Shown: positions 1 to 13,200 of the stretch, piece by piece
How the letters are laid out: each line of letters starts with the position of its first letter
Position numbering within the stretch: the first letter of the stretch is position 1
Assembly: GCA_024679065.1 (NCBI GenBank)
Contig: JAGIQG010000011.1
Span: 39,432,001-39,496,000, forward strand
Length of the DNA stretch: 64,000 bases
Direction of reading: 5' to 3'
Origin: Sphyrna mokarran
Lineage: Eukaryota
The notes under the pieces: model-generated
Databases searched by the model: none
What the model was told of the DNA's origin: nothing
What the model saw: only the letters and a program-made list of their open reading frames with translations
Position numbers and translations under genes: made by a program

Positions 1-335
1 CAGAAACATGAAGAACTAATTGATGTGTATCCCTCCAGGTGGGTGGGTCTGCATCAATTTCATTGGCAGAATGGCAGGGTTTTCCAATCCCTGTGAAGCC
101 AGTGGACTTGTTATTTTTACGGCACTGCCTCCATCACCACAGGGCAGTAAAATTCTGTCTTATGTTTTCTTCTGTTTGCTAAACACAATAAGATTTTGTT
201 TGGAAAAAAGAAAATAATAATTTCTGAGTGTGCAATGATCAAAGGCAGCTTTGCCACTTTGACAGCGAGAATTGTACCATTGAGTCACCATTGCAGGAAT
301 TATTACATTTAAATGCTACATTTTTTAAAATACAG

Positions 336-1224
336 ATCTGTGTCTCCGGCTGGAAGGCTCTCAACATCACCTATCAGATCTGTCAAATCTCCAGTTCTTA
401 CTCGAAAAGTTCAGACAACAGTTGTTGCTGCAGAAGTTATACCTCCTTGGAAGCAGGAAGGCTATGTTTCAGCAGCTGAAGCACAAAAGAGACAAAGCAA
501 ATTAATCACAAGTACCACACAGGTTCATAGAGAAGAAAAATGGGAAAAGAGATATGGACAGATGACAGTCGCCGGAGCTGCTGGAGCTGCTCAAATGACC
601 ACAGTTGGACATGGTGTCAGTGCTGCTGGAGCTGCTGGAACGATGACCATTGAACAAGATGTCAGTGCTGCCGGAGCTGCCAGAGCTGCTGGAATGGTGA
701 CCATTGAACAAGATGTCAGTGCCGCCAGAGCTGCCGGAGCTGCCAGAGCTGCTGGAATGGTGACCATTGAACAAGATGTCAGTGCTGCCAGAGTTGCCGG
801 AGCTGCCAGAGCTGCCAGAGGTGCTGGAATGATGACCATTGAACAAGATGTCAGTGCTGCCAGAGTTGCCGGAGCTGCCGGAGCTGCCAGAGGTGCTGGA
901 ATGATGACCATTGAACAAGATGTCAGTGCCGCCAGAGCTGCCGGAGCTGCCAGAGCTGCAGGAGCTGCTAGAGTTATTACTGCTGAACGAGGTGTCAGTG
1001 CTGCTGGAGTTACCACAGTTGAAAGTGAAGCTGGTGCTGCTGGTACTGCTAGAATAACCACAATTGAACAATCTATTAGTGCTCCCCGAATTAGCACAGT
1101 TGAGCGAGTGACCAGAGTCAGCACAGCGGAAGGAGCTGCTGGTGCTGTTGGTGCTGCTCGAGTTACCACAATTGAAGGAAGTGCTGCAGCTGTTGGAATG
1201 ACTGGTGTTGCTGCTGGCAAAGAG
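336..1224 (+). CDS. ttn: Titin exon, Z-disk insertion Zis1 (human exon 7 equivalent) with expanded Ala/Gly repeat
   Basis: tacag acceptor ends 335; (R)[19 protein letters not shown]...PPWKQEGYV...AGKE; donor GAG|gtaaga. Confidence 0.93.
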
Positions 1225-4200
1225 GTAAGACAAATTTACTATTTCATAAAGCATGATCAGCTTCTGAGAGGAATAAAGCATTGTTAATAATTCAAATCAA
1301 ATCTGTGTGAAAATCTAGGACATAAATGTATTAGGGGCAATAAGTTTTAAACACAGTAAAAGTTGATTAAAATAGATTGATGTAAAATAGCCAACTTCCT
1401 GCTTGGATGTATGGAACAAGTACTCTATGTCTGTAAAGATCTAATAATCAAATTTGTTTTCTTTATGCTTTACAAATGTATGGATTTGCAATATGCATTT
1501 TGAATATTAATTACTCCAATACAGATTCATGTTGAAACCATTTTTTAAATTGCATTTAATTTATTACATGGCATATATAACATAATCCATCTATTTTTTG
1601 CTGCAACAAATTCAGACAGAGCATGCCGTAGGAAAAACAGCAGCTGTTGCTACTGTAATAGCTGCTGTTGACCAAGCCAGAGTACGCGAACCAGTTACTG
1701 TAACCACAGAAAGAAGCACATCAGAGAAACATGTATTCACAGTACAAGCAGAACTGGTTGAGGATCAGGTAGTTTGAAGCACAATGAAAAATAACTTCAC
1801 ACATTTGTTATAAACATGTAACCTTTTTCTCTCATAATAAATTTCACTGTGGAATTCTCATATAACAATTAAATATTGTTATATATCCTTTAGTTTTGCC
1901 ATGTCTCCCTGTAGTGGTATCACTTAATTTCACTAGAATTTCTTTCTACTCATACCCTTTTGGGTTTTCCACTTCTCATTGGTCCCTTAGTTTCACCCTT
2001 ACTTTCCTTTTTTGATATCTTTTAGTTTCATCACTACTCCTCTGTGAAGTGTGCACCACCTTGCATGTACATGTCATGTAATTTTAGATGGTTTGCTTAA
2101 AATGTATTGGTTATAAATGCATTAATGTGTAGTGTGCATTTTTATTGTCAAAAGCAATGCCAATTTATTTTGTAACTTAAATCTTTACACATTGACTTTT
2201 AAAGTTGGAAATTAAAAATTTCCTTTTTTAAACTTTCTGGAACAGAATCAGAGCAGACGAAGGTCCGACAAAAGAAATTTCCATTGATTGCTGGAATTTC
2301 CGGTCTTGTCCGAGCAAGGCCGTAAAATCCTACCCGAACCCCTTATGTTTGCCTTGATTAACAAATTGACCAGCTTTTGAAAATAACAGTATCTTTAAAA
2401 CAAAATAAACTTCCAGGAAATTGTAAAGAAGAAAAATGTTTTCAGATCTCAATGTGATAAATCAAAATGCAAGATGGTATTGCTTTTGAAGGTCATAGTT
2501 AATCTTGTGAAATTTAAGATTAGACTATGAATGCCCTCGCAGACTTAGCCCTTGTTGTCTGCAGATTGAAGTTGGCAAAAAGGCTGAAGCTGTGGCTAAA
2601 GTGTTGGCTGCTGTGGATCAAGCACGTACTAGACATCCTTTGTATGCTGAAGGAGTGCACACAGAAGAGACATCAATGGAGTATGAATATGCACAGCGTG
2701 GTGTATGTCAAAGTGCCACTGAGTTTTCTGCTGAAAAACGAAAAGCACCTGCTGAACAACAAGTTGTCACCACAACTGTCAGAAAAGGGACAGTTATTGT
2801 GCCAACTGAAACACAAATTTCCTATGGCGAGCAAGCTGAAAAACACATTTCACAGGTTAGACATTTAACTCATGAAACAATGAGCTAACATTAACAAAGA
2901 TTCTGTTATTCATGATAATTGTGAAGAACATCATACCAGATTTAAAAAAAATTTTATTGGTACATTCTGAATTGAACATGATAATAAAGATTTTGTTGGT
3001 TGCTATAGATTGAAAGAACATCAGAATCTGCAGTACATCTGGACCACAAACTTGCCAGTACAATTCCTCACTTCACTGTTTCAAAAATCACTGTAGCCAA
3101 ACCAGAACCGACCCAAGAGGTAAGGGTGAAAATTCTATGTGGCAGGCAAATATAACATTTATAACATTAACCTTAAATAGACAGGACTATAAAATGAGGT
3201 ACTTGATCATAAAAGAAAATGATAGATACAGAAATTAGGTAAGAAAAATCCATGGACTTTGTTTAATAAGACCGTTAGCAATTTTAGGGAAATACTTTTG
3301 TAATTCCCAACATGCAAACAAGGTCTGTAGATGTACCATGCAAGCAAATGAGACAAATGTATAAGTAAATACAAATACCTTCTAATGGAATAAATCATGA
3401 GGATATTGATATTGGTAATGATTGACACACAGACTAAACACACTGAAGTGGAAATTTCTTAAATGAACGCCCCCAACTAGGAGGTCCCAGTTTAGATCTT
3501 AGAAATTAGTAATGCTATTTAGGTAAATTGTTGGATCTTAGCATGCCTCTACAGATAACTTACCCTATTTCAAAAAAGAATAGTCAGTTTTGACAGGGGA
3601 GGAGGAGGGTGGCTGGGAAAGAAGGGTTAGAATGACAATAGAAGATTACTTACAGTGTGGAGTCAGAAGGGTACTCCTGCTCCTCTTTGCTCAACAGGAA
3701 CTCATTTCATACTTCACATTTTATTTGAAAATAAATCTTTTGTTGGTGACCAGAGTCCAGTATGGTGCTGGCTTAGCTTCAGCTTCACACAATTTCCCTG
3801 ACAGGCCTAAAACAGATGTTTGACTCCTCATTTAAATGTTTATGGGACCTAATTATTGTCTTAGGTATCATCCTAATGATTAAGACCCAACCAAATATTA
3901 TCACATACATCTTTCAGGCATATCTTGGGTGCTAGATTTCTTCCTTGAAATTAGCTCTTTTGCTTGTTTTCAGCTCTAATGTTTACCCCACTACTCTTAC
4001 AGGACATGTCACTGTAAAACATACAAACAAAGCATAAATAGTGGATATTGCTATCATTTATATTATGGAAAACATTTTTATACTTAAGTCATTTGAAATA
4101 TTATAGAAATCAGATACATATACTGTAATTAATGAGGAAGCATGTGGAGTCTGATTTAACTGAGATGGCAGATACCATATCTCAGAGTACTTTTGACATG

Positions 4201-7200
4201 TATGGAACAACTTGCATTTGTGATCCTATTACTTTGCCATACAGTATAATCATTTTTTAAAGTTTATGAATGATTTAAAAAGCTTTTTCTATAAATGGCC
4301 CAGAATTTGCTTGAAAAGTAATGGCAATGTTAATGTGCTTGCAGTTATTAGTGTAATCTATTATTTATGGCGGGGAAGAGATAGCAAGTTGTGAATCACT
4401 ACAAATTGTTGAACAATTTGCACTGCTCAACCAATAGCCTTGTGAAAATGGGATCTATCCCATCAGTCTCCCTGTGAGTTTCAGAAAGTGCTGCATTTGC
4501 ACCGTCAAATGAATTAAATTCATACAGGAAGTTAGGACTGACACAGAATGATGTAAGAACCCTTTTCATTTCAATGTTTAATTTCCTGCAATGCCACTCA
4601 ACCATTCCAGGCCAGAAAAGTACCGATTGAGACAGATTATAAATTGCTCCTGGAGATTTTTAAAACATTAAGTGTTACATTTTAAAAATTATTCTTGTTT
4701 TCCCTTTCCATTCCTTTCAATCTCTGTCAGTCTAATTTTTATCTCCATTTTGTATTTAATTTGGTGTAATTCACACCATTTCTTTTTCCACCATGACCTC
4801 TGTTTCCTTCTGTCCTTGATTAAGGAAATAGAGTGTTGGTTCTGATGTCCAGTAAGCTCTCAGATACCTGTCGATTTGGTGTCTTAACGTTATCAATTTG
4901 CATTTCCAGCACTTTGTAAGGCAAAATATTTTTGGGCTGAAGGGTTGGAAAAAATATATAATAATGGTCATACCATGAGATGTTATGCACCAGCAAATTC
5001 TGGGCCAAATTGGAATTTAGTTTTATTTGTTTGTCATTCATTTTACATTCTCACAAGTACAGTTTTTTATCTTCATCATTTATACTAATAGTTTAATTTT
5101 TTAACAGTTGTAGAGAATTAACTGAAGACCTTGGAACCTAACACTTCATGTTGTAGGAGGCTGTTTGGTCGTACCTTTCACCTTACCTCAATGTTTTCTA
5201 AACCATGAGTTCCTTTCTTCCTATTGACCATTTTGTTTTCATTCTCACACAACATTTTCCAAAAAAATCATCTAATTTAGCTAACCTAATAATCAATCCA
5301 TCCCTGCCTGTCATGTGACCAATCATTAAAACAATTAAAGTAATTTGTAAAAAATGTAACTTTATTCTTCTTGGCCTGGTTAGGTTTCTATAGCAGGAAC
5401 TGCTATTGTTACTCTGGAAAAAGAGTTGTCTGCGTCTTCTGCTGTGAAGGTTACCAAGCCGGTGAAACCTCCCGTGTTAAAAGAGGCCAGAATTGTGACA
5501 GAGGAGAGTGTCTCTCCCCAGCCTCGTTTTAGAGAAAGAACAGATGTGTATGAAACACGCTTTGATACTGAGGTGCACAGGCATCTAGGTTTAAGTGTTT
5601 CAGGCTCACTTGAAGCTGATTTTGATGTTGAACACGAGGAAGATCAATATGAAGCAGAAGATGAGCAGGTTTGTTAATTACCCAATAGTGTGCCCTAAAT
5701 ACGCTAACTTTGTGTGTTCCCTACAAATTAACAGCAGTAAATAGTGCAAAACATTTTGTTCCTGATCAAAAGCACAGCTAACGTTTTTAGCTTGTCCCTC
5801 TCTCAGCTGAAACTGTTCAGTTCAATGTAACACCTTAACTCCTTTTGTCGTGAGAATGAGAACTCAGTGGTGTGACAGCTTGACAGTCTTCTGCAGGAAG
5901 CTCGTTCCCATATTTTTGTTTGATGTGTGACACTCTCCAAAACCTAATACAAAAGCATAATACCATGGTTGCTGGAAATCTGAAATAAAAACAGACACTG
6001 CTGGAAATTAGCAGATAGGGCAACAGTCAGAGGGACAGAACAGAATTAATGTTTCAGGATGATGGCTTTTAGTCAGAACCAGAAAAGTTAACGATGTAAC
6101 AGATGAAGAGGTAAAGAAAGGGGGTAAATGGAAGAACAAAGTGGGAGAACATAATCATGTAGATGGCATGCAGATTAAATGCCAAAAGCAAAAGTGAATT
6201 CCCCTAAATTTATTTGACTAGTTGTTAAATATGATATCATTTGTTGCTCACTATACTTTGTTTTTTCAGATCACAGAACCTGTTGCTCCAATTCCAACAG
6301 TAGTTCCACTTACTGCACCAAGTTTTGTGTCAGTAAGTAAATTAATTCACATGAAACCACATTTTAATGGACCATTCGTACATTGTGGTCTTTACATTTG
6401 CTTCATTTCCAGCAATTTAATTTTACTGTATTTTTTTGTAGGGCTTGAAAAATGTCACTGTAATAGAAGGCGAATCTGTAACCTTGTCATGTGAAATCGC
6501 AGGACATCCAACTCCAACCGTGAAGTGGTTTAGAGAAGATTATCACATTGAAAGTTCCATTGATTTCCATATAACATTTGAAAAAGGCATTGCTAGTATA
6601 ACAATTAGGGAAGCCTTCGCAGAGGACAGCGGTCGCTTTACGTGTACTGCTACCAATGATGCTGGTACTGCTAGCAGTTCATGTTATCTTCTTGTTCAAG
6701 GTGCGTATTTTAGCAGCATTAACAAAGGTGATTAAAATTTGAGAAACAATTATTGTAAGGTACCATTAAAATAATTTATTATTTGTACTTCTTTAGTATC
6801 AGAAGAGATTGAGAGCAGAGAGGAAGCCATTGCAGTATCAGAGCCAGCTGTCACTGAAAAGAAACGGTATTTAAAATCTTTAGATATTACTGTTAGAAAC
6901 AATTAATCAAACTTATTGATTTTTTATTTCTGACATTTTGCTTTTTATTTTTGGATTAGGATATTTTTTGACCTTTGCTCTGTGCATTATATGAAGAGTA
7001 GCATAAATAATATAAAGATATATGACAACACATGTTAAAAAGAAGTTATTCATGATGATCTGTCAATCAAAACCAGTCTCATTATTTGTTTCTTACTAGA
7101 GTTGAAATGAAAGTTGAAACTTTATCAGGAGCAAGTACTACCCCAGAGTCAGTGGAAGATGGAGCAGGAATTGCTCCTTTCTTCATTAGGAAGCCAATTG

Positions 7201-10200
7201 TACAGAAACTAATTGAAGGTGGAAGTGTCGTTTTTGATTGTCAGATTGGAGGCACACCTAAACCTCATGTTTACTGGAGAAAAGCTGGAATTCCATTAAC
7301 AACTGGATACAGGTATAATATTCTACTAAAAGATAGTTGAATCCTCGTGTTAAGGCAATTAAGACAGCCAACTAAAATCACTTTCCACTGTTTTATTGAA
7401 ATATTGATTGAACTTAAAATAACACAGCTGCGTAACAAAAAGCTATTGCGTTTAATAATTAAAAATGATTCTGTGTTTGGGAAAGTGTAACTTAGAGTTA
7501 GGATTATAATAATGTCACCTCTGAATTGTGCTCACTTTGAGTGCGAATTTGAAAATTTGGTGTTTACGCAGCCCTGTACATGTTCCTTAGGAACCACACA
7601 CAATTAATGAATGAAAGGCATGTTGGTGTCAGGCTAATTATGTACTGGGATAGATTTTAGAAAGCCAACAGGTTATTCTAACATAAAAGTACAAACACAC
7701 TGTCCTACTGTACTGTTCGATCAACATGGTGAGTCTGGAAGAGGCAAAAAGCTGAACACTATCTTCCTGACCCTGTTTTGCCAGTGGGATTGCCTTCGCA
7801 TCCAGAAAAGGTGGCATAGTGGCAGAGTGGTTAATACTGTTACCTCACAGTGCCATGGATCCGGGTTCAATTCTGGGTCTGGGTGACTGTCTATCTGGAG
7901 TTTGCAAATTCTCCCCATGTCTGTGTGACTTTCCTCTGGGTGCTCCAGTTTCCACCCATAGTCCCAAGGTGTATGGGTTAGGTGGATTGGCTATGGGGAA
8001 TGTATGGGGTTACAGTGGTAGATAACTAAGATATTCTGTCAGAGAGTACTGCAGGGGATGAGGCAAGCCAGCCAAAAGTCCATTGATTTTTGATGGGACA
8101 AGATCCCAGCAGATGGCAGGGCTGGAAAACCCCTTTAAAAAATATAGCTTTTATATTGGCAATGGAAATAATGTCTTGATGTGTTTATGTTGTTCAAGTA
8201 TAGTTAATGCTGCACCCAGAAGGGTAGCACGGTGGCACAGTGATTAGCACTGCTGCCTCACTGCACCAACAACCAGGGTTCAATTCCAGCCTTGGGTGGA
8301 TTTTGCTCATTATCTCATGTCTGTGGGGGCTTTCCTTCCACATTACAAAGATGTGCAGGTTAGGTAGAGTGGCCATGATAAATGGTCCCTTACCATCAGG
8401 GGATTAACAGGATAAATACATGGGGTTACAGGAATAGGGATTGGGTGGTATTGTTGTCAGCGCAGGCTTGATCCACTGAATGATCCCTTCTGCACTGCAA
8501 TGATTCTAACCACACGTTTGAGTGTAAGTTAAATATTGCATGGGACATGATGCTTCCTGCTAACTTTCAGCATTTACAGTTTTGTGCTTCATTCTCACTT
8601 GGGTTCCTGCATTCTTGGGATCAGTGAAGGTTAGGTCAAGAGGGCAAAGTTAGATGCAGTACTTTGTAAAGTAAAATTAATCTTCTGGGATTTCACCAGA
8701 TTTACCTTTTAAAGGCAGGGGGTCCTTATGTAGAATACAAAAATAAAATACTGCAGATGTTGGAAATGAGGAATAAAAACAGAAAATGTTGGAAATATTC
8801 AGCATATCTGTTAGTGTCTGTAAAAAGAATTATAGAATGTTGCGAGTCACTGAATATTCCTCAGTACCAGGTGACTGACTGGGCTGGGTACACTGTTTGG
8901 AAGGAATGCGTGAGACAGTCTTTTCTTGTTTCATGTTTCTTGCATGTTCATCAAGATTTTTCTTTCTTCTAATTTTTTGAGGTTTTGTTCTTTATGAATT
9001 TCTTTCTTCTCTAGGTACAAGGTGAGCTATGACAAGGAAATGGGAGAATGCAAACTGGTGATTTCCATGACTTTCGCAGATGATGCAGGTGAATACTCCA
9101 TTGTTGCTCGGAACCAACACGGAGAAACTTCTGCATCAACTCAACTGCTGGAGGAAGGTATGGAGCCTTTAAAATAATAGTTAAAATAACTTAATTTTCT
9201 GCAACAATTAAATCTGCCTTATTGAGGTACTGTGATAAAATTATTTTTGAAATTAAAACCTCTTTGTTTAGGTAATGATTAAATAATTCGCGTTAGTTGA
9301 AGTAGCTTTCAAATTTTGGTTACTGTCTGTGGTTATAATTGTAATATGTACATAGGATAATATTTTACAGCATAGAAAGAGAGTATTTATCTGCAATATC
9401 TATCTAATTTCCATGCCCTTACTCATTATTTTCCTTTTTGGATGCTTATCCCTTATCATTTCAAAAGTCTATTATCCGTTCTGGTGATATCACTATTTCT
9501 ACTTGAAACTTCCAGAGGCTAACAACCCTCTGTCAAAAAAATTTGTAACCTCTCGTTACATGTTTTGTTCTTTCAAAGAGCTAGCACAGGAGTGAAGGGG
9601 CAAGTGGCTTCTTTCTGTGCACCAAGATTCTATTGCCATAAAAATTGGACCAGTATTACCCTGTATTTTGGTGCTATGGGTACTCTTGGGGTACAAAAAA
9701 GTACTTGTGACACAACTGCCTAGTTTTAGGGTGAGTCACACCAGATACCATAGCGGAGATTCGGTGAATAGTTTCTGGAAGTAAGCCAGCGGTGCCTTTT
9801 TGAAGCTCAACACTCCAGCTAACGCACACACATTGCTTTGTATGTGCCACATGCCAATTATGCCCTACACCATAACTGAAAAGGATTTCACTTTGTCAAT
9901 GTCCAACTGGTGTAAGAGCAGAGGCAGAGAATCATGCAAGTCGATGTCTGTGTTGTGGCAGCAGTAATCATGCCTTCATTCTGAACAGCTCACTTTGCCA
10001 GCTACATTTGAGACAACACAATAAATCAAAAAGTGGCAACTAGATAACAAGGGTTATCTGCTGACCACGTGGCTGATGTCACTGGTGCACAAGCCACATG
10101 TGCAGTGTACATACAATGAAAGTCATGCTGCCACTCTAAACGTGATACAGCAAATGATTGGTGTGCAGGAGCAACACTTCTGCTGCCTCACCACAATAGA

Positions 10201-13200
10201 GGAACCGGCAGTAATAGACAGAGCTTTGTCATGATCTGTTGCTTGCCGCACAATAACAAAATCAAGAGGAATCAGTCCTTGACATCGACTATATAACAAA
10301 CAGATCAGGAAGAGCAGAAACAGAGGAGAAAACAGAGATAGCATTTTTCCTGCTGGGCTGTATGTGATGAATCCATCTTTATGCAATATCAGTACACAAC
10401 CCCAATTATCTGTTCATCAACAATTTCTCTTCTCTCTGAGATAGTCCCACTGACTATCACAGCATCTACTTAGTGGCAATGTAAAAATGAAAGCCCACAG
10501 AAAATAAACATTCCGAGCCAAATGTACAAATCACATTACTTCATGTAACAAACAGAGGTCAGTTAATCATTCTTGGTCATTCTCTTGGAGCCTGTTTTCA
10601 GTGTTCCTTTGCCCCTGTGAGCGTTCCTGTGTAGTGTTATCCCAGCGACTGCTGAATGCTGTTGGAGAAGATTGCAGGTGGCTTCCAGCAGCTGTTAGCC
10701 TGGAAGGCGCAGATGCGGATAGCACAATCTCAGCACGGGTGGCAGCAGTCTTGGCTGGTTGCCATAGGAAGTAGTTTGGCTACTAGGATAAGTGTGAGAA
10801 TCAGTGCTGATCTCTTGAATGAGGATAGCAGTTTTGGATTTTGTGGAACATTTCAACTTCTTTCAACATTTTATCTTATTTAGTGTAGTATTTCATCCTC
10901 TCAATTATCTCACATTAAATGTCATTCAGTAACTATTTGCTTAAATTGCAGTCTGAAATTGTTGTGTCCTTTTTCATAGTTAAGCATAGGAAGAAGTCTC
11001 ATACTAGCAGATTAAAATCCAAGAGATTAATTTGGAATCACTCACTTATGAGGGAGCAGCTGTCCAAAAACACATGATTCCAAATAAACCTGTTGGACTT
11101 TAATGTGGTGTTGTGAGATTCTTACTGCGCTCACCCCAGTCCAATGCCAGCATCTCCACATCATTGCTGAGCATGATTCTTACTTTGCTGTTTGCAAATT
11201 TTTGTGTGCCTTTTTCATGCAAGTCTGTCTGGTTGAGATGAGAGCAATGATCTTAATACTGATTTCAGAGGGACACCACAGTTCATATCACTCCAGTCTG
11301 ATAGAAGATAATGTTAAGTGCCATATTTGTTTAACTTTTTGTATTGATTTGTCATTTTAATAACTCAGAGCTTGTTGTTCTAATTCTGATGCAATTTCTT
11401 CTTAGCTGATTATGAGCTTTACATGAAGGAACACCAGGTGGTGACAGAGCAAACAGAATTAATAACAGAATATGTCCAAGAACCCAAAGCTGCAGATGTA
11501 GCACCAATGTTTTTAATGACTGAGTATGAAAAAGAACAAGCACTAATCAGGAAGAAAATGGGTAAAAGCGAAGCCATGATGAAAACCATGATGGAAGAAC
11601 ATGTAAGATTCCTTTTAAAATTTGTTAACATTTCTTAAGAAATATTAGAAATGCATTGTGAAATTATAAAATTTGTTTTAGAATGTGCAGAGGTAATGGG
11701 TTTTAAGTGTATGGCTTAATTAAGCAGTTTTGCAAATACAGTGGAACATAATTTGCATGATTATTGTTCACCTTGGGATAAAATCAATATTCTATCCATG
11801 CAGAGATTTTGTAAACTTTGCTAAAGTGCAAAAGAAATGGATGCATGAATAGAACAATAACTGATATTTACATATCACCTTTGATATGGCTCCTTCATAG
11901 GAGCATTATAAACAAAATATAAGGTAAAAAAGATATTTGGTCAAAAAATAAAAGCATGGTCGAAGAGAAGCATCTTCAAAGTACCATCTGGAACTGAATA
12001 GCATTGAACAGAGATTGAGATAGTCAATATCATAATATTCTCATTTTTCCATATGAAATAAGTTTGATCATAAATGCAGAATTTTCACACATAGTAATGC
12101 ACATTATTCATTTTTGAATGTTAATTGTGTGAGGAAAGGGGTATGCACAAGTCTGAAGGTTTACATAGGGCATGTAATATCCACACCAGCTCTGAAAATG
12201 ATAGGGGATGATCTTACTGGCTTGTTCCACCAGTTGACCAAGCCAGTAAGATCAGGCAAAAAGCAAAAATCGGGTCCACACCCAGTTTCTTGCTTCTTGC
12301 AATGTTACTAGCATTGAATTGCTGATGAAATCAGCTTCGTACCCTCATTGTGCCCATCAATGAGGACCTGATGTGATGGTCTTGCTGGTGGGACTGACAC
12401 CTCCAGGATGGTTGAGCAGGACCAAGCTGTATCCTTTGGGCAGTGCCAGCCTGGCACCTTGGCACTGCTAGCATCTAGGCAATGCCAAAGGGCTGGATCT
12501 GAGGGAAGGTGGGCAAGGTCTGAAGGGAGCAGGTCCACGTAGGGGGGAGGCAAGATGGGGTCAGTTCCATAGGGGTGGAGGGAAGTGTGGGGATTGGCAT
12601 CAACTGGATTGGATTGGCTAGGGCAATGATCAGGGAGGAGTTAGATTTGGGATTGGGATGGGGTTTGGCATTACCCAGGGTGGCGATAGGTAGGAAGCTG
12701 GAGTCTGGATTAATTGCATGGTGACTGGGAGGGGATTGGCATCAGCAAGAGCAGCAATTGCGGGTTATATTGAGTCAGCATTGGCTGGGGTGATGCTCAT
12801 CAGGGGAAGGGGTGGTGCACTGGGAGATCAGTGTGCCTGTGTACTGGTACCCCTAGAGCTCAGCAGCCAAGTTCCTGGTAAAAATAGGCCCTGCTCTGAG
12901 AATCAGATTTGGGCTTTTTCTCCCCCAGAGTGCCATACAATTGCATCTGGGAACTCCCCACAAAAATGGGCACGATTTTCTCTCAATGTCCGGTTAAAGA
13001 ATGCTGCAAACATTGTGCTGTATTCCATTAGTAAGGGGAATTCCCCATTAACTGCATTTCTTATTAACTGGCATCACCCTGCATGTAAAAATTTTGCTGT
13101 ATTTTGATCTATTGCTCATTGCCATATAACATCTGTTTTCTTTCTTCAGGAATACCATATTTCTTCATTTGAAGAAAGACTTATAAAAGAAATTGAATTG

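Noticed and set aside
562-1000. Repeat-spacer-like periodicity resembling a CRISPR array
   Set aside because: Eukaryotic coding minisatellite; the 'spacers' are themselves repetitive and in frame.
502-1281. Long antisense ORFs (259 aa and 209 aa)
   Set aside because: Shadows of the stop-poor Ala/Gly repeat in the titin exon; low-complexity translation.
2417-2476. Possible extra exon after ttccag between the two Z-repeats
   Set aside because: Translation has no Z-repeat motif and the flanking splice signals are weak.
7810-7880. tRNA-like sequences here and at 8222, 19690, 24400 and 54630
   Set aside because: SINE heads with A/B boxes; no complete cloverleaf, and they are followed by SINE body sequence.
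12200-12980. G-rich segment with ORFs of 81 and 129 aa (similar segments at ~34620-35140, 25970-26570 and 57600-58480)
   Set aside because: Looks like non-autonomous repeat sequence; I could not fix ends or family well enough to call features, and the ORFs have no domain signal.
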